Assembly (NCBI GenBank): GCA_028716045.1
Contig: JAQUQO010000001.1
Location: forward strand, 862,343 to 926,342
Reading direction: 5' to 3'
From: Patescibacteria group bacterium
GTDB lineage: Bacteria; Patescibacteriota; Patescibacteriia; JAQUQO01
DNA: 64,000 nucleotides
Within the stretch, counting starts at the first letter, position 1. Every line of letters starts with the position of its first letter. Of the stretch, positions 36,804 through 47,893 are shown piece after piece. The notes beneath the pieces were generated by a model, which saw only the letters and a list, made by a program, of their open reading frames with translations, was not told the DNA's origin and searched no databases. The position numbers were made by a program, and so were the translations under genes.

Positions 36804-37739
36804 ATGAAAAATATTATAGTTACTGGCGCCACCGGACAAATTGGTTCAGAGTTGGTAATAGAGCTGAGAAAGAGGTATGGAGAACAAAACGTTGTGGCCG
36901 TTGGCCATTCTCGGCCGATAGCCGGAGAATTGGCGGTCGGTCCTTTTGAAATCGTTGATGTCACTAATAAAATTGCGCTGGATGAATTGGTGAAAAAGTA
37001 CCAACCAGATGCCGTTTTTCATTTGGTGGGGATTTTATCTGCCGCGGGAGAAAAAAATCCGGAGTTGGCTTGGAATGTTAACATGGGCGGTTTGAAAAAT
37101 GTTCTGGATATCGCTCGTGATCGCGGTATAAAAAAAGTTTTCTGGCCGAGTTCAATCGCCGCGTTTGGACCAACCACGCCCCGTGATAATACCCCGCAGC
37201 ATACCGTTCTTGAACCAACCACCATGTACGGAGTTACCAAGGTCGCGGGCGAACTCTTGTGTCAATATTATTGGAAAAAATACGGACTTGATGTTAGAAG
37301 TTTGCGTTATCCGGGCTTAATTAGTTATAAAACACCCCCGGGAGGCGGCACCACGGATTATGCGGTAGCGATTTATTTTGAAGCGGTAAAAAACAAAAAA
37401 TATGACTGTTTTGTCGGACCGGATACGGTTTTACCCATGATGTATATGCCCGACGCTGTTCGAGCCACCATCGAACTAATGGAGGCCCCAGCGGAAAATA
37501 TCAAAATTAGAACTAGCTACAATCTAACTGCTTTGAGTTTCTCCGCCGAAGAACTAGCTCAAATGGTCGCCAATCACGTCCCCGGATTTACTTGTGTTTA
37601 TCATCCCGATGACCGGCAAAAAATCGCTGATTCCTGGCCTCGGTCGATAGATGATAGCTCAGCCAGAGCAGACTGGAAATGGAATCATACTTTCGATTTG
37701 GAAAAAATGACAAAGGACATGCTGAATAATATTAAATAG
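36804..37739 (+). CDS. NAD-dependent epimerase/dehydratase family protein, L-threonine 3-dehydrogenase-like (SDR-type)
   Basis: 311 aa. MKNIIVTGATGQIGSEL N-terminus. YxxxK region. Resembles UDP-Glc-4-epimerase-like TDH. Confidence 0.55.
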   Translation: MKNIIVTGATGQIGSELVIELRKRYGEQNVVAVGHSRPIAGELAVGPFEIVDVTNKIALDELVKKYQPDAVFHLVGILSAAGEKNPELAWNVNMGGLKNVLDIARDRGIKKVFWPSSIAAFGPTTPRDNTPQHTVLEPTTMYGVTKVAGELLCQYYWKKYGLDVRSLRYPGLISYKTPPGGGTTDYAVAIYFEAVKNKKYDCFVGPDTVLPMMYMPDAVRATIELMEAPAENIKIRTSYNLTALSFSAEELAQMVANHVPGFTCVYHPDDRQKIADSWPRSIDDSSARADWKWNHTFDLEKMTKDMLNNIK

Positions 37740-37821
37740 AAAGTTGAAGGCGGTCAGAGGGTTAGGCACATAAGATACACACTATATTCACAGGATACTA
37801 AGAAAAGTCAGAAAATAGCTT

Positions 37822-37850
37822 AAAAAAGAGGCCGATTAGCCTCTTTTTAG
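37822..37850 (+). terminator. intrinsic terminator AAGAGGC-CGATT-AGCCTCTT + T5
   Basis: Read directly. Confidence 0.55.
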
Positions 37851-37931
37851 TTATTTTTTAGATTTGATTTTTTTGTTAAAAAGGGGTAGAATTAAAACAA
37901 TTATTTTTAATTTTTTAGTTAAAATAGCCTT

Positions 37932-40900
37932 ATGTTTCCTCGGTATAATTTTAAGAAAATAGAAAAAAAATGGCAGAAGCAATGGGAAAGCGACGGTATT
38001 TATCATTCCACACAAGATTTTAATAAAAAGAAATTTTATTCTTTAATTGAGTTCCCTTATCCGTCCGGTCAGGGGCTTCATGTCGGTCATCCGCGCAGTT
38101 ATACGGCCATGGATTTGATTTCCCGTAAAAAAAGGATGGAAGGTTTTAATGTTTTGTATCCCATCGGCTGGGACGCTTTTGGTTTGCCGGCGGAAAATTA
38201 TGCCATTAAAACCGGCATTCATCCGGCCAAGGCCACCGCCGCCAACATTAAAACTTTCAAAAAACAAATTAAGTCGCTCGGACTTTCTTTTGACTGGTCG
38301 CGCGAGATTAACACCACCGACCCGGCCTATTACAAATGGACACAGTGGATGTTTTTGCAACTCTTCAAACATGGTTTGGCTTACAAAACAAAAATCGCCA
38401 TCAATTGGTGTAAGAACTGCAAAATCGGTTTGGCTAATGAAGAAGTGGTTAATGGCAAATGCGAACGTTGTGGTGGTGAAGTGGAAAAGCGCGAGAAAGA
38501 ACAATGGATGATTAAAATTACCAAATACGCGCAAAGGTTACTGGATGATTTGGACAAGGTTGATTATTTGCCGCAGATTAAAGAACAGCAGAAGAATTGG
38601 ATTGGAAGAAGTGAAGGAGCGCTTATTGACTTTGGACTACGGACTACAGCTGACCGTTTGCGAGAAGATGCGGTAGTCAGTAGTCGGAAAGCCGTAGACA
38701 AAATTAAGGTTTTTACGACCAGACCAGATACTTTGTTTGGCGCGACATATATGGTTCTCTCACCGGAGCACGGGATTATTAAAAATTTAGAATCAAGCAT
38801 TACGAATTACGCAGAAGTGAGAAAATATATTGAGCAAGCCAAGAGAAAGTCGGATTTAGAGCGCACGGAATTACAAAAAGAAAAAACCGGTGTAGAAATT
38901 AAAGGCATTAAAGCAATTAATCCGGTTAATGGCGAAGAATTGCCGATTTGGGTGGCGGATTATGTTCTCGCGAGTTATGGCACCGGTACGATTATGGCAG
39001 TGCCGGCACATGATGAGAGGGACTTTGAATTCGCCAAGAAATATAGTTTGCCCATCAAAACAGTTGTTACTACCCGTAAAGATAATATTGTTGGCGTTGG
39101 CGCAATGATTGAAATAAGGGGCGGTAAATTTTTATTTCAAAGAAGAGATAAAAATACTGACAGAAATCCGGGTATGCTGGCATTTTTTGGCGGCGGTATA
39201 GAAAACAACGAAGATACGGAAGAAGCTTTGAAGAGAGAAATTAAAGAAGAGCTTAATTTAGAAGTAAAAGATAATTTTGTATTATTGAATAAATTAGAAA
39301 GCCATAATTTCCCCGGGAAATATCTGGATATTTTTTATGTCAAAAATATTGACGAGAAAAATATCAAACTTAGTGAGGGTGATGCTATTAAAAAACTTGA
39401 TTTGTCGGAAGCTTTAGCCAGAACCGATGTTACACCCTTTACGAAAAATGTTATAAAGTATTTATTAGAAAAAAAATGTTTTACCGAAGAAGGCATAAGT
39501 GAACATTCTGATTTTTTGAACGGCTTGTCCACCCCTGAAGCTAAGGGAAAAATGATTAACTGGTTAGAAGAAAAAGGCGTGGGCAAAAGGGCGATAAATT
39601 ATAAACTTCGCGATTGGGTTTTTTCCCGCCAACGTTATTGGGGAGAGCCGATTCCGCTCGTACATTGCGAGAAGTGTGCCCATTCGACAAGCTCAGGGCA
39701 GGGCTGGATTCCTGTTCCGGAAAAAGATTTGCCGGTTAAACTTCCCAAAGTAAAAAAATACGAACCGACGGATACGGGCGAATCGCCGCTGGCGACCATA
39801 GAAAAATGGGTAAATGTAAAATGCCCGAAGTGCGGCGGAGCGGCTAAAAGAGAAACGGACACCATGCCCAATTGGGCGGGTTCGTCTTGGTATTTTTTAC
39901 GTTATACCGACCCAGCGAACGATAAGGAATTCGCGAACAGAGAGAATTTGAAATATTGGATGACGGCTTGCCCCGCCAGTCAAAATAAATGTAGCGAAGT
40001 GGGCGGGGTGGACTGGTATAATGGGGGGATGGAACATGTCACTTTGCATCTTTTATATTCCAGATTTTGGTATAAATTTTTATACGATATTGGCGCGATT
40101 CCTAAAGAGTGCGGCGATGAGCCATACAAAAAAAGAACTTCGCAGGGTATGATTTTAGGCGAAGGTGGGGAGAAGATGTCCAAGTCGCGCGGCAATGTTA
40201 TTAATCCCGACGATGTTGTTAAGGAGCATGGCGCGGATACTTTCCGCGTCTATGAAATGTTCATGGGTCCGTTTGACCAGGCGATTCCTTGGGATACGCA
40301 GGGGGTTATCGGCTGTCGTAGGTTTTTGGAAAGAGTGTGGCGGTTACAAGAAAAAATAACTAAAAATGTCATTCCGATCCCGAGTTCTCGGGATGAAGAA
40401 TTTGGGTCGGATCCTTCGGTCGTCCCGAGTGCTCGAGACTCCCTCAAGGATGACAATCTTAAGAAGTTGCTTCACAAGACGATTAAAAAGGTTACCGAGG
40501 ATATTGAAGAGATGAAATTTAATACAGCTATTTCGCAAATGATGATTTTAGTAAATGAGATGGAAAAGCAGGAAAAGATTCCCTCAATTTATTATTCCAA
40601 ATTGTTGATTCTTTTGGCTCCTTTCGCTCCGCATATTACTGAAGAGCTTTGGCAAAAGGTAGGCCCCGCCTCTGCCGAAGCTACGGCGGGCAAGAATAAA
40701 AAAAGTATACATTTGGAGAAGTGGCCGGAACCCAATTTAGAATTAATAAAAGACACAGAAATTATTTTAGTCATTCAGGTCAACGGCAAGGTTCGCGATA
40801 ACATCACCGTTCCCGCAGACATTTCCGAGAAAGAAGCCAAGAAACTGGCGCTGGAGTCAGAAAAAATTAGAAAGTTTGTGCCCGGTGAACCGAAGAAAGT

Positions 40901-40940
40901 TATATTTGTGCCGGGGAAATTAATTAATATAGTTACTTAG
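37932..40940 (+). CDS. leuS: leucine--tRNA ligase carrying an inserted NUDIX-box domain
   Basis: 1002 aa. HVGH (PYPSGQGLHVGHP), KMSKS (KMSKSRGN) and editing-domain motifs (AVPAHDERDFEFAKKY). A ~140-aa insert contains GGGIENNEDTEEALKREIKEELNL, which matches the Nudix box GX5EX7REUXEEXGU. Confidence 0.9.
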   Translation: MFPRYNFKKIEKKWQKQWESDGIYHSTQDFNKKKFYSLIEFPYPSGQGLHVGHPRSYTAMDLISRKKRMEGFNVLYPIGWDAFGLPAENYAIKTGIHPAKATAANIKTFKKQIKSLGLSFDWSREINTTDPAYYKWTQWMFLQLFKHGLAYKTKIAINWCKNCKIGLANEEVVNGKCERCGGEVEKREKEQWMIKITKYAQRLLDDLDKVDYLPQIKEQQKNWIGRSEGALIDFGLRTTADRLREDAVVSSRKAVDKIKVFTTRPDTLFGATYMVLSPEHGIIKNLESSITNYAEVRKYIEQAKRKSDLERTELQKEKTGVEIKGIKAINPVNGEELPIWVADYVLASYGTGTIMAVPAHDERDFEFAKKYSLPIKTVVTTRKDNIVGVGAMIEIRGGKFLFQRRDKNTDRNPGMLAFFGGGIENNEDTEEALKREIKEELNLEVKDNFVLLNKLESHNFPGKYLDIFYVKNIDEKNIKLSEGDAIKKLDLSEALARTDVTPFTKNVIKYLLEKKCFTEEGISEHSDFLNGLSTPEAKGKMINWLEEKGVGKRAINYKLRDWVFSRQRYWGEPIPLVHCEKCAHSTSSGQGWIPVPEKDLPVKLPKVKKYEPTDTGESPLATIEKWVNVKCPKCGGAAKRETDTMPNWAGSSWYFLRYTDPANDKEFANRENLKYWMTACPASQNKCSEVGGVDWYNGGMEHVTLHLLYSRFWYKFLYDIGAIPKECGDEPYKKRTSQGMILGEGGEKMSKSRGNVINPDDVVKEHGADTFRVYEMFMGPFDQAIPWDTQGVIGCRRFLERVWRLQEKITKNVIPIPSSRDEEFGSDPSVVPSARDSLKDDNLKKLLHKTIKKVTEDIEEMKFNTAISQMMILVNEMEKQEKIPSIYYSKLLILLAPFAPHITEELWQKVGPASAEATAGKNKKSIHLEKWPEPNLELIKDTEIILVIQVNGKVRDNITVPADISEKEAKKLALESEKIRKFVPGEPKKVIFVPGKLINIVT

Positions 40941-40950
40941 ATAGAAATAT

Positions 40951-42246
40951 ATGAAGATAAGCATCATTGGCGCTGGCTATATTGGACTTACGTCCGGAGC
41001 AATTTTTGCCGATTTAGGCAATACGGTCTGGATGATAAGAAGGGATAAAGAAAAAATTGAAGATTTGAAAAAAGGAATTTGTCCGATTTATGAGCCCGGG
41101 CTGGAAGAAATAATCAGAAAAAATCTGAAGGTCGGCCGGCTCTTCCCTACCACGGATTACGCAGAAGCCGTTCCTAATTCTGATGCCGTTTTTATTTGCG
41201 TCGGGACCCCTTCTTTGGAAAATGGAGAAGCTGATTTATCCCAAGTAAAGACCGCCGCTCAAGAGATTGCCAAATATTTACAGGGCTATACTGTGATTAT
41301 TGATAAAAGCACCGTGCCCATCGGTACGGGAGATTTAGTCAAAGACATTGTCAGCAAAAATGCTCCGCAGGGAGCCACCTTTGATGTTGTTTCTTGCCCG
41401 GAATTTTTGCGTGAGGGTTCGGCGGTTAATGATTCGCTTAATCCAGACCGCATCGTCATCGGTTGTGACAGCCCCAAGGCCTTGGCAGTGATGTTGGAAC
41501 TGCACAAACCCCTGCCCGGGGAAAGAGTACTTACTGACGTAAAAACAGCCGAAATGATTAAGTATGCTTCCAATGCCCTTTTAGCCACAGAAATTTCTTT
41601 TATCAATAGTATTGCCAATATCTGCGAACGTTCAGGCGCGGATGTGACCAAAGTAGCGGCAGGCATCAGATTAGATAAGCGCATCGGCAAATATGCTTTT
41701 TTGGATGCTGGTTGCGGTTATGGAGGCGCTTGTTTTCCTAAAGACGTTAAAGCGCTTATTTCTTTAGCTAAGGATTATGATTATGATTTTAGTTTGTTAA
41801 AAGAGGTGGAGGAGGTAAATAAAAATCAGCGTAAGTTAATGGTGGGGAAAGTAAAAAAATTACTTCCCGATTTAGCCGGCAAAACAATAGCTGTCTGGGG
41901 GCTGGCTTTTAAACCCAATACCGATGATATGCGCGAAGCGCCGTCAGTTGATGTCATAGAATTTTTACAAAAAGAAGGAGCTAAAATAAATGCCTTTGAC
42001 CCGGTAGCAGAAAAAGTGGCGAGAAAGATTTTACAGGATGTTCATTATTTTAATGATTGTTACGAGTCGGTGCGAGGGGCTGATTGTTTGGTCATTATTA
42101 CCGATTGGAATGAATTTAAGGAATTGGATTTAAATAAAGTTAAAGATTTAATGGCGGGAAAAAACATAGTAGACGGGAGAAATATTTATGACCCGCAAGT
42201 TGTTCGCGACCTTGGCTTTAATTATTTAAGCATCGGGAGAGTTTAA
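40951..42246 (+). CDS. ugd: UDP-glucose 6-dehydrogenase
   Basis: 431 aa. N-terminal GAGYIGL Rossmann motif. Catalytic Cys region (GGACFPKD). Confidence 0.85.
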   Translation: MKISIIGAGYIGLTSGAIFADLGNTVWMIRRDKEKIEDLKKGICPIYEPGLEEIIRKNLKVGRLFPTTDYAEAVPNSDAVFICVGTPSLENGEADLSQVKTAAQEIAKYLQGYTVIIDKSTVPIGTGDLVKDIVSKNAPQGATFDVVSCPEFLREGSAVNDSLNPDRIVIGCDSPKALAVMLELHKPLPGERVLTDVKTAEMIKYASNALLATEISFINSIANICERSGADVTKVAAGIRLDKRIGKYAFLDAGCGYGGACFPKDVKALISLAKDYDYDFSLLKEVEEVNKNQRKLMVGKVKKLLPDLAGKTIAVWGLAFKPNTDDMREAPSVDVIEFLQKEGAKINAFDPVAEKVARKILQDVHYFNDCYESVRGADCLVIITDWNEFKELDLNKVKDLMAGKNIVDGRNIYDPQVVRDLGFNYLSIGRV

Positions 42247-42248
42247 TT

Positions 42249-43175
42249 ATGACTATTTTAGTTACCGGTGGCGCCGGTTTTCTTGGCTCCCACCTCTGTA
42301 AATATTTATTAGACAAAGGCGAAAAAGTAATTTGCCTGGATAATTTTTACACCGGCAGAAAAGAGAACATTGAAGAATTATTAGCCAATAAAAATTTTAA
42401 ATTAATTGAACATAATATTATCAATCCACTTGAGATGGATGTTGACCAAATTTATAATTTGGCTTGTCCCGCTTCGCCACCGCAGTACCAAAAAGACCCT
42501 TTGTTTACTCTAGACACTTGTTATTTGGGGGTAAAGAATATGCTGGAATTAGCGGTTAAGAATAAGGCCAGAATTTTACAGGCCTCAACTTCAGAAGTTT
42601 ATGGCGACCCCTTGGAACATCCGCAGGCAGAAACTTATCGAGGGCATGTTAATCCCATCGGAATCCGCAGTTGTTATGACGAGGGGAAAAGGATTGGCGA
42701 GACACTTTGTTTTGATTATCACCGCCGCAAGAGTGTTGATATCAGAATAATCCGTATCTTTAATACTTACGGGCCGAACATGGACCCGCAAGATGGGCGG
42801 GTAGTCAGTAATTTTATTACGCAGGCGTTGCGGGGGGAAAATTTAACTATTTATGGCGATGGCAGCCAGACGCGTTCTTTCTGCTATGTTAGTGATTTAA
42901 TAGAAGGCATTTATCGCATGATGAACCAAGATGAATTTTTGGGGCCAGTTAATTTAGGCAACCCTAACGAGTTTACTGTTAAAGAATTGGCGGATAAAGT
43001 TTTGAAAACGGTGGGCGCTAAAAGTAAAATTGTCTATCAACCTTTGCCGGCTGATGATCCTCAACAGAGAAAGCCGGATATAAGTTTAGCTAAAGAAAAA
43101 TTGGGCTGGGAACCAAAAGTTCAGTTGGAAGAGGGGCTTAAGAAGACCGTGGAATATTTTAGAAGCGCTATTTAA
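42249..43175 (+). CDS. UDP-glucuronate decarboxylase (UDP-xylose synthase)
   Basis: 308 aa. [16 protein letters not shown]...[14 protein letters not shown], typical UXS. Confidence 0.8.
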   Translation: MTILVTGGAGFLGSHLCKYLLDKGEKVICLDNFYTGRKENIEELLANKNFKLIEHNIINPLEMDVDQIYNLACPASPPQYQKDPLFTLDTCYLGVKNMLELAVKNKARILQASTSEVYGDPLEHPQAETYRGHVNPIGIRSCYDEGKRIGETLCFDYHRRKSVDIRIIRIFNTYGPNMDPQDGRVVSNFITQALRGENLTIYGDGSQTRSFCYVSDLIEGIYRMMNQDEFLGPVNLGNPNEFTVKELADKVLKTVGAKSKIVYQPLPADDPQQRKPDISLAKEKLGWEPKVQLEEGLKKTVEYFRSAI

Positions 43176-43216
43176 TTTATTTGTATATTTGTAGCAATTA
43201 TTAATTTGTATATTTT

Positions 43217-43402
43217 ATGAAAGTTAAAGTTGATAAAACTAAATGTATCCATTGCGGGACCTGTGTCGCTTTAGCTCCGAAGTATTTTCGTTTTGGAGAA
43301 GACGGGGAGATTGAAGTAATAAATGAGGAAAAAATTCCGGCAGAGCTTTTAAAACAAGTAGCGGATTCCTGCCCGGGTCAAGCGATAAGTTTTGAAGAAT
43401 AG
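43217..43402 (+). CDS. small ferredoxin (single [4Fe-4S]/[3Fe-4S] type)
   Basis: 61 aa. CIHCGTC...DSCP Cys pattern. Confidence 0.6.
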   Translation: MKVKVDKTKCIHCGTCVALAPKYFRFGEDGEIEVINEEKIPAELLKQVADSCPGQAISFEE

Positions 43403-43415
43403 ATATAATTGAAAA

Positions 43416-44711
43416 ATGTCAACATATAAATTCTATAAAGATAGCGCGATTTATGTTGCCGGAACTTTTTTAAGCGGCGGACTTGGTTATGCTTTTCATT
43501 TTGCCGTTTCACGGTTGATGCCCGTGAGCGAATACGGAGAATTACAGAGTTTAGTTTCTCTTTTTAATATCGCCGGGATTTTTAGCGCAGCGGTGCTGTA
43601 TTTTGTTATTAAATATTCCTCGGTTTTTGCCAAAAATCTTGATTATTCGGCCACTGGACAATTTTTAATAACCGTCCGGAAGAGTTTAACCAAATGGGCC
43701 GGATTTTTTTTATTAGGATTTTTATTGGCCAGCCCGTTGTTTTATCATTTTTTACATTTAGAATCTTGGTGGGGGCTTTTTATTTTTATTTTCAGTTCTT
43801 TTATTGGTCTAATTGCCGTAGTTTACAGCGGAGTTCTTTCCGGTTGGGGGAAATTTTTTGAAATAAATGTTTCAGGAGTAGTTGGTTCTTTGATAAAATT
43901 TATTGTCGGCATAATATTAGTTATATTTTTACCGTCGGCCCCCAGTGCGGCCATGGCATTTTTGTTATCCGCGATTGTCAGCTGGATAGTGGTTGAGAGA
44001 TATTGCGGTAGATTTAATTTTTTCTCCAGCATATCCGTTGCGGGGGAGAATTGGCAGAAGCGATATTTCCCTCAGATTGATATTAGAAAGAGTTTAGTGC
44101 CGATTTTTATTTTTTCCGCGCTGGTGACTTTTATCGGTAATATCGACGTAATTTTAGTGAAATGTTTTACCAGCGCCGAACTCACCGGTTATTACAGCGC
44201 GCTTTCTCTTTTGGGTAAAATTATCTTTTGGGTGAACTCGGCAATTATCGCCGTAGTCCTGCCCTCGGCCTGTGCCAATGGTTGCGAGGGGCGCGGGTTA
44301 AGCCGCAGAATGTTTTGGGGCGCTTATGGGTTGTTAGCCGGTTTTAGTATTATTTCCACGGTTATTTATTTTTTCTTCCCCGGGCTTATCATTTCCTTGC
44401 TTTTTGGGTCTCGCTATGTTATATTTATGCGAGAATTATGGCTTTTTGGAGTCCTCGCCTTAGCGATGTCTTTTTTAATTTTTGAAGCAAATTTGGCGTA
44501 TGCCCGGCATGATTTTAGAATTTCTTATATTTTAGGTATTGTAGCGGCGTTAATGGCTAGCGGTGTCAGTTTATATCATCAATCAATAACGCAAGTGGCC
44601 ATGGCAATAATCGGGAGTTTGGCGGTTGGTTATATTTTCGCTTTAATCCTAAATTTTCGCCGCCATCAACGGCCGATCCTTGAGGTAAACACGGAGATTT
44701 TAAATAAATAA
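43416..44711 (+). CDS. polysaccharide biosynthesis membrane protein (Wzx/MOP-flippase-like)
   Basis: 431 aa, ~12 TM helices. Location in the glycan cluster. Confidence 0.5.
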   Translation: MSTYKFYKDSAIYVAGTFLSGGLGYAFHFAVSRLMPVSEYGELQSLVSLFNIAGIFSAAVLYFVIKYSSVFAKNLDYSATGQFLITVRKSLTKWAGFFLLGFLLASPLFYHFLHLESWWGLFIFIFSSFIGLIAVVYSGVLSGWGKFFEINVSGVVGSLIKFIVGIILVIFLPSAPSAAMAFLLSAIVSWIVVERYCGRFNFFSSISVAGENWQKRYFPQIDIRKSLVPIFIFSALVTFIGNIDVILVKCFTSAELTGYYSALSLLGKIIFWVNSAIIAVVLPSACANGCEGRGLSRRMFWGAYGLLAGFSIISTVIYFFFPGLIISLLFGSRYVIFMRELWLFGVLALAMSFLIFEANLAYARHDFRISYILGIVAALMASGVSLYHQSITQVAMAIIGSLAVGYIFALILNFRRHQRPILEVNTEILNK

Positions 44712-44721
44712 AATTACGGAG

Positions 44722-45663
44722 ATGTTGAAATTTATTTCTATCATTATTCCGGTATGTAATGAAGAAAAGAATATCCCCCTGCTTTATGGGGGACTTTTTA
44801 GGGTTTTAAAAGAGCTGGAGAATTTTTATCAAGTCGAAATAATTTTTGTAAATGATGGCAGTAACGATAAGTCGGGGGAAGTTTTAAATAATTTGGCAAA
44901 GCAAGACCCAAAGGTAAAGTTTATAGATTTTTCCCGTAATTTTGGCAAAGAGATTGCTCTCACCGCCGGTTTGCATCACGCCACGGGCGAAGCGGCGATT
45001 ACTATGGACGCCGACCTCCAACACCCAGCGGAGCTGATTCCGGAATTTTTAAAGAAATGGGAAGCCGGTGCCGAGGTGGTTATCGGCGTGCGCAGTAAAG
45101 ATAAAAAGGAAGGGTTAATAAAGAGAATTGGCTCTTCTTTATTTTACACAATTATTAATTTAATCAGCGAAACCAAGGTTGTCCGCCGGGCGACAGATTT
45201 TCGTTTGATTGACAGAAAGGTTATTAACGAATTCAATCGTTTCAGCGAACGCAATAGAATGGCGCGGGCCTTGATTGATTGGTTAGGATTTAAGAGGGGA
45301 TATATCTATTTTGACGCCAATTCCAGAAAATTTGGCAAACCAAGATATACCTATTGCAAATTGATTAAGTTAGCCTTGTCCAGTTTTATTTCCTTGAGCT
45401 TATTGCCTCTTAAGCTGGCGGCTTATCTTGGGACATTGATAACCCTTAGCAGCGGAAGTTTTCTAATAGTGATGTTTATAGTGCGGTGGTTTTTTGACGA
45501 AATATACTTTAGTTCAATCTCATTTGTTATTATGTTCAATGTTTTGTTATCCGGGGTTGTTTTAATGTGCCTCGGTTTTATCGCTTTATACATAGGGAAT
45601 ATCCATGGTGAGTTATTAAACCGACCTCTATATATAATTAAAGATAAGCGTAATTTTAGGTAA
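44722..45663 (+). CDS. family 2 glycosyltransferase, polyprenyl-phosphate sugar transferase type (GtrB/ArnC/DPM1-like)
   Basis: 313 aa. IIPVCNEE, DGSND, MDADLQH motifs. Two C-terminal TM helices. Confidence 0.75.
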   Translation: MLKFISIIIPVCNEEKNIPLLYGGLFRVLKELENFYQVEIIFVNDGSNDKSGEVLNNLAKQDPKVKFIDFSRNFGKEIALTAGLHHATGEAAITMDADLQHPAELIPEFLKKWEAGAEVVIGVRSKDKKEGLIKRIGSSLFYTIINLISETKVVRRATDFRLIDRKVINEFNRFSERNRMARALIDWLGFKRGYIYFDANSRKFGKPRYTYCKLIKLALSSFISLSLLPLKLAAYLGTLITLSSGSFLIVMFIVRWFFDEIYFSSISFVIMFNVLLSGVVLMCLGFIALYIGNIHGELLNRPLYIIKDKRNFR

Positions 45664-45672
45664 GTATTTTAT

Positions 45673-46776
45673 ATGGGCAAGAAATTTTATTTTTTTGTGG
45701 GCACGGAAGCGGAGCTTATAAAAATCATGCCGGTTATGAAAGAATTTAAGGACCGCGGTCTTGATTTTAAAATCATCGCCTCCGGACAAAATGTTATCAA
45801 GGGCAGTGAGATGCTTAAGTTTTTAAATATAGAAAAAGTTGACCTCTGCCTTTATGATAAAAAAATCAAAGCCTCGGCCCTGAGTTTATTTTGGTGGTTT
45901 TTGAAAACCTTGATTAAAGCCCCCTTTGCCCTAAGAAAAGAATTCGCCGGCTTAGACAAGAGCAATACTTTTTTAATAGTCCATGGAGATACGGTGACTA
46001 CCGTTATGGGGGCCATAGTTGGTAAATTTTATGGGTTGAAGATAGTGCATTTGGAGGCCGGATACAGATCATTCAATTTTTTCCGGCCCTTCCCCGAAGA
46101 AATTGACAGAGTGCTGACTTCATATTTTGCCGATATTCATTTTTGTCCCTATGAAAAAAATTTGGAAAATTTAAAAAATAGGAAGGGGCAAAAAATAAAT
46201 ACTTTTTATAATTCCGTTATTGACAGCTTGCACTTGGCTATAGCCGCGGATTCGTCTGGTGGCGTATTTAGTAAATTACAGGGCAAAAAATATTTTATTC
46301 TTATTTTGCATAGGCAGGAAAATTTATATAATGATAAATTAGTAAAATCTTTGGTTAAATTTGTTTTTGACTTTTTTCCGGATAACCTTTATTGTCTTTT
46401 TGTAATGCATGCTCCCACCAGGTTTGTTTTGGAAAAGCTCGAACTCTTGGAAGACATAAGCAAAAAAGAAAATATTATAACCGTAGATCGCCTGCCCTAT
46501 ATGCAGTTTATTAAATTATTTAAACAAAGCGAATTTATTATGACCGATGGTGGCAGCAATCAGCAAGAAGCGTATTATTTAGGGAAGCCATGTTTGATTT
46601 TAAGGGAGATTGTCGAAGTGGATTCCGAGGGAGTTGGAGAGAATATGGTGTTAAGCGAGTTAAGTCTTGATAAAATTAAGGATTTTATACTAAACTATAA
46701 TCAATATAAGAGGCCTATAATTTATCCTAATATAAAGCCCAGTAAGATTATAGTTGACACTTTGTTGTCTTATTAG
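45673..46776 (+). CDS. UDP-N-acetylglucosamine 2-epimerase family protein
   Basis: 367 aa. Epimerase_2 motifs (GTEAELIKIMPV, HLEAGYRSF). Confidence 0.65.
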   Translation: MGKKFYFFVGTEAELIKIMPVMKEFKDRGLDFKIIASGQNVIKGSEMLKFLNIEKVDLCLYDKKIKASALSLFWWFLKTLIKAPFALRKEFAGLDKSNTFLIVHGDTVTTVMGAIVGKFYGLKIVHLEAGYRSFNFFRPFPEEIDRVLTSYFADIHFCPYEKNLENLKNRKGQKINTFYNSVIDSLHLAIAADSSGGVFSKLQGKKYFILILHRQENLYNDKLVKSLVKFVFDFFPDNLYCLFVMHAPTRFVLEKLELLEDISKKENIITVDRLPYMQFIKLFKQSEFIMTDGGSNQQEAYYLGKPCLILREIVEVDSEGVGENMVLSELSLDKIKDFILNYNQYKRPIIYPNIKPSKIIVDTLLSY

Positions 46777-46787
46777 ATTATTTTCTA

Positions 46788-47890
46788 TGATTAATATCAA
46801 TATTTCCAAGCCAATAATTGAGAGGGAGGAGATAGAGGCCGTTAATGCCGTTTTGAATTCCGGCATGTTGGCGCAGGGACCAAAAGTCAAGGAATTGGAA
46901 GAGAAATTTGCCGAGTATAGCGGCACTCGGTATGCGGTCGCAGTCAATAGCGGTACGGCCGCTTTGCATGCGGCGATGTATGCCGTCGGCGTTGGGGAAG
47001 GAGACGAGGCGATAACTACCCCCTTTACTTTTGTGGCTACGGCCAATTCTATTTTAATGCAGAAGGCCAAGGTTGTGTTTGCCGATATTTCCGAAGAAGA
47101 TTTTAATATAGATATTAATAGTATCAAAGAAAAAATCTCTGCCAAAACCAAGGTTATTGCTCCCGTAGACTTATTTGGTCAGATATATAATATAGAAGGA
47201 TTAAATCGCTTAGCGGCCGAACGGGGCATAAAAATTATAGAAGACGCCTGCCAAGCAGTGGGAGCGGAATATAAAGGCAAGCGAGCGGGTAGCTTTGGAA
47301 CCGCTGGGACTTTTTCTTTCTATGCCACAAAAAATTTAATGTCCGGAGAAGGGGGGATGATAGTGACCGACGATGCGGAAGTTTACGAACAGGCCAAAAG
47401 ATTTAGGCACCATGGGCAATCGGAAAGCACCAAATATGAATATTTTGATTTGGGGTACAATTATCGGATGACCGATTTGGCGGCTGCTATCGCCCTCGTC
47501 CAACTTTCAAAAATTGAAAGGTTTAATGCCCGCCGCGCGGAGAATGCCGAAATTTTGGGGAGCGGGCTGGCAGATGTTGAAGGCCTTATTGTGCCAAAAG
47601 TAAAAGATGATTATAAACATGTTTTTCATCAATTTTCCGTAAGAATAACACCGGAGTTTAAACTGAGCCGCGAGGAATTAATGGACGCTTTGAAAAATAA
47701 AGGTATCGGCACGGCTGTTTTCTACCCTAAGCCGCTTCATTTGCATCCGCATTTCAAGAAATTTGGCTATCAAGAGGGAGATTTTCCGGTGGCTGAAAAA
47801 ATCAGCCGAGAAATTTTATCATTGCCCGTGCATCCTCTTTTGGGAAGAGAAGAAATGGAGTACATCATAAAATCAATCAGAGAAATTTAA
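46788..47890 (+). CDS. DegT/DnrJ/EryC1/StrS family PLP-dependent sugar aminotransferase
   Basis: Start taken at ATG 46788 (the longer ORF overlaps the upstream gene). Motifs GTAALHAA, SFYATKNL. Confidence 0.85.
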
Positions 47891-47893
47891 AAT

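Noticed and set aside
39060-39480. Extra length of LeuRS considered as an intein
   Set aside because: The insert does not begin with a Cys/Ser-initiated intein block and has no terminal HN plus nucleophile. It contains a Nudix box instead.
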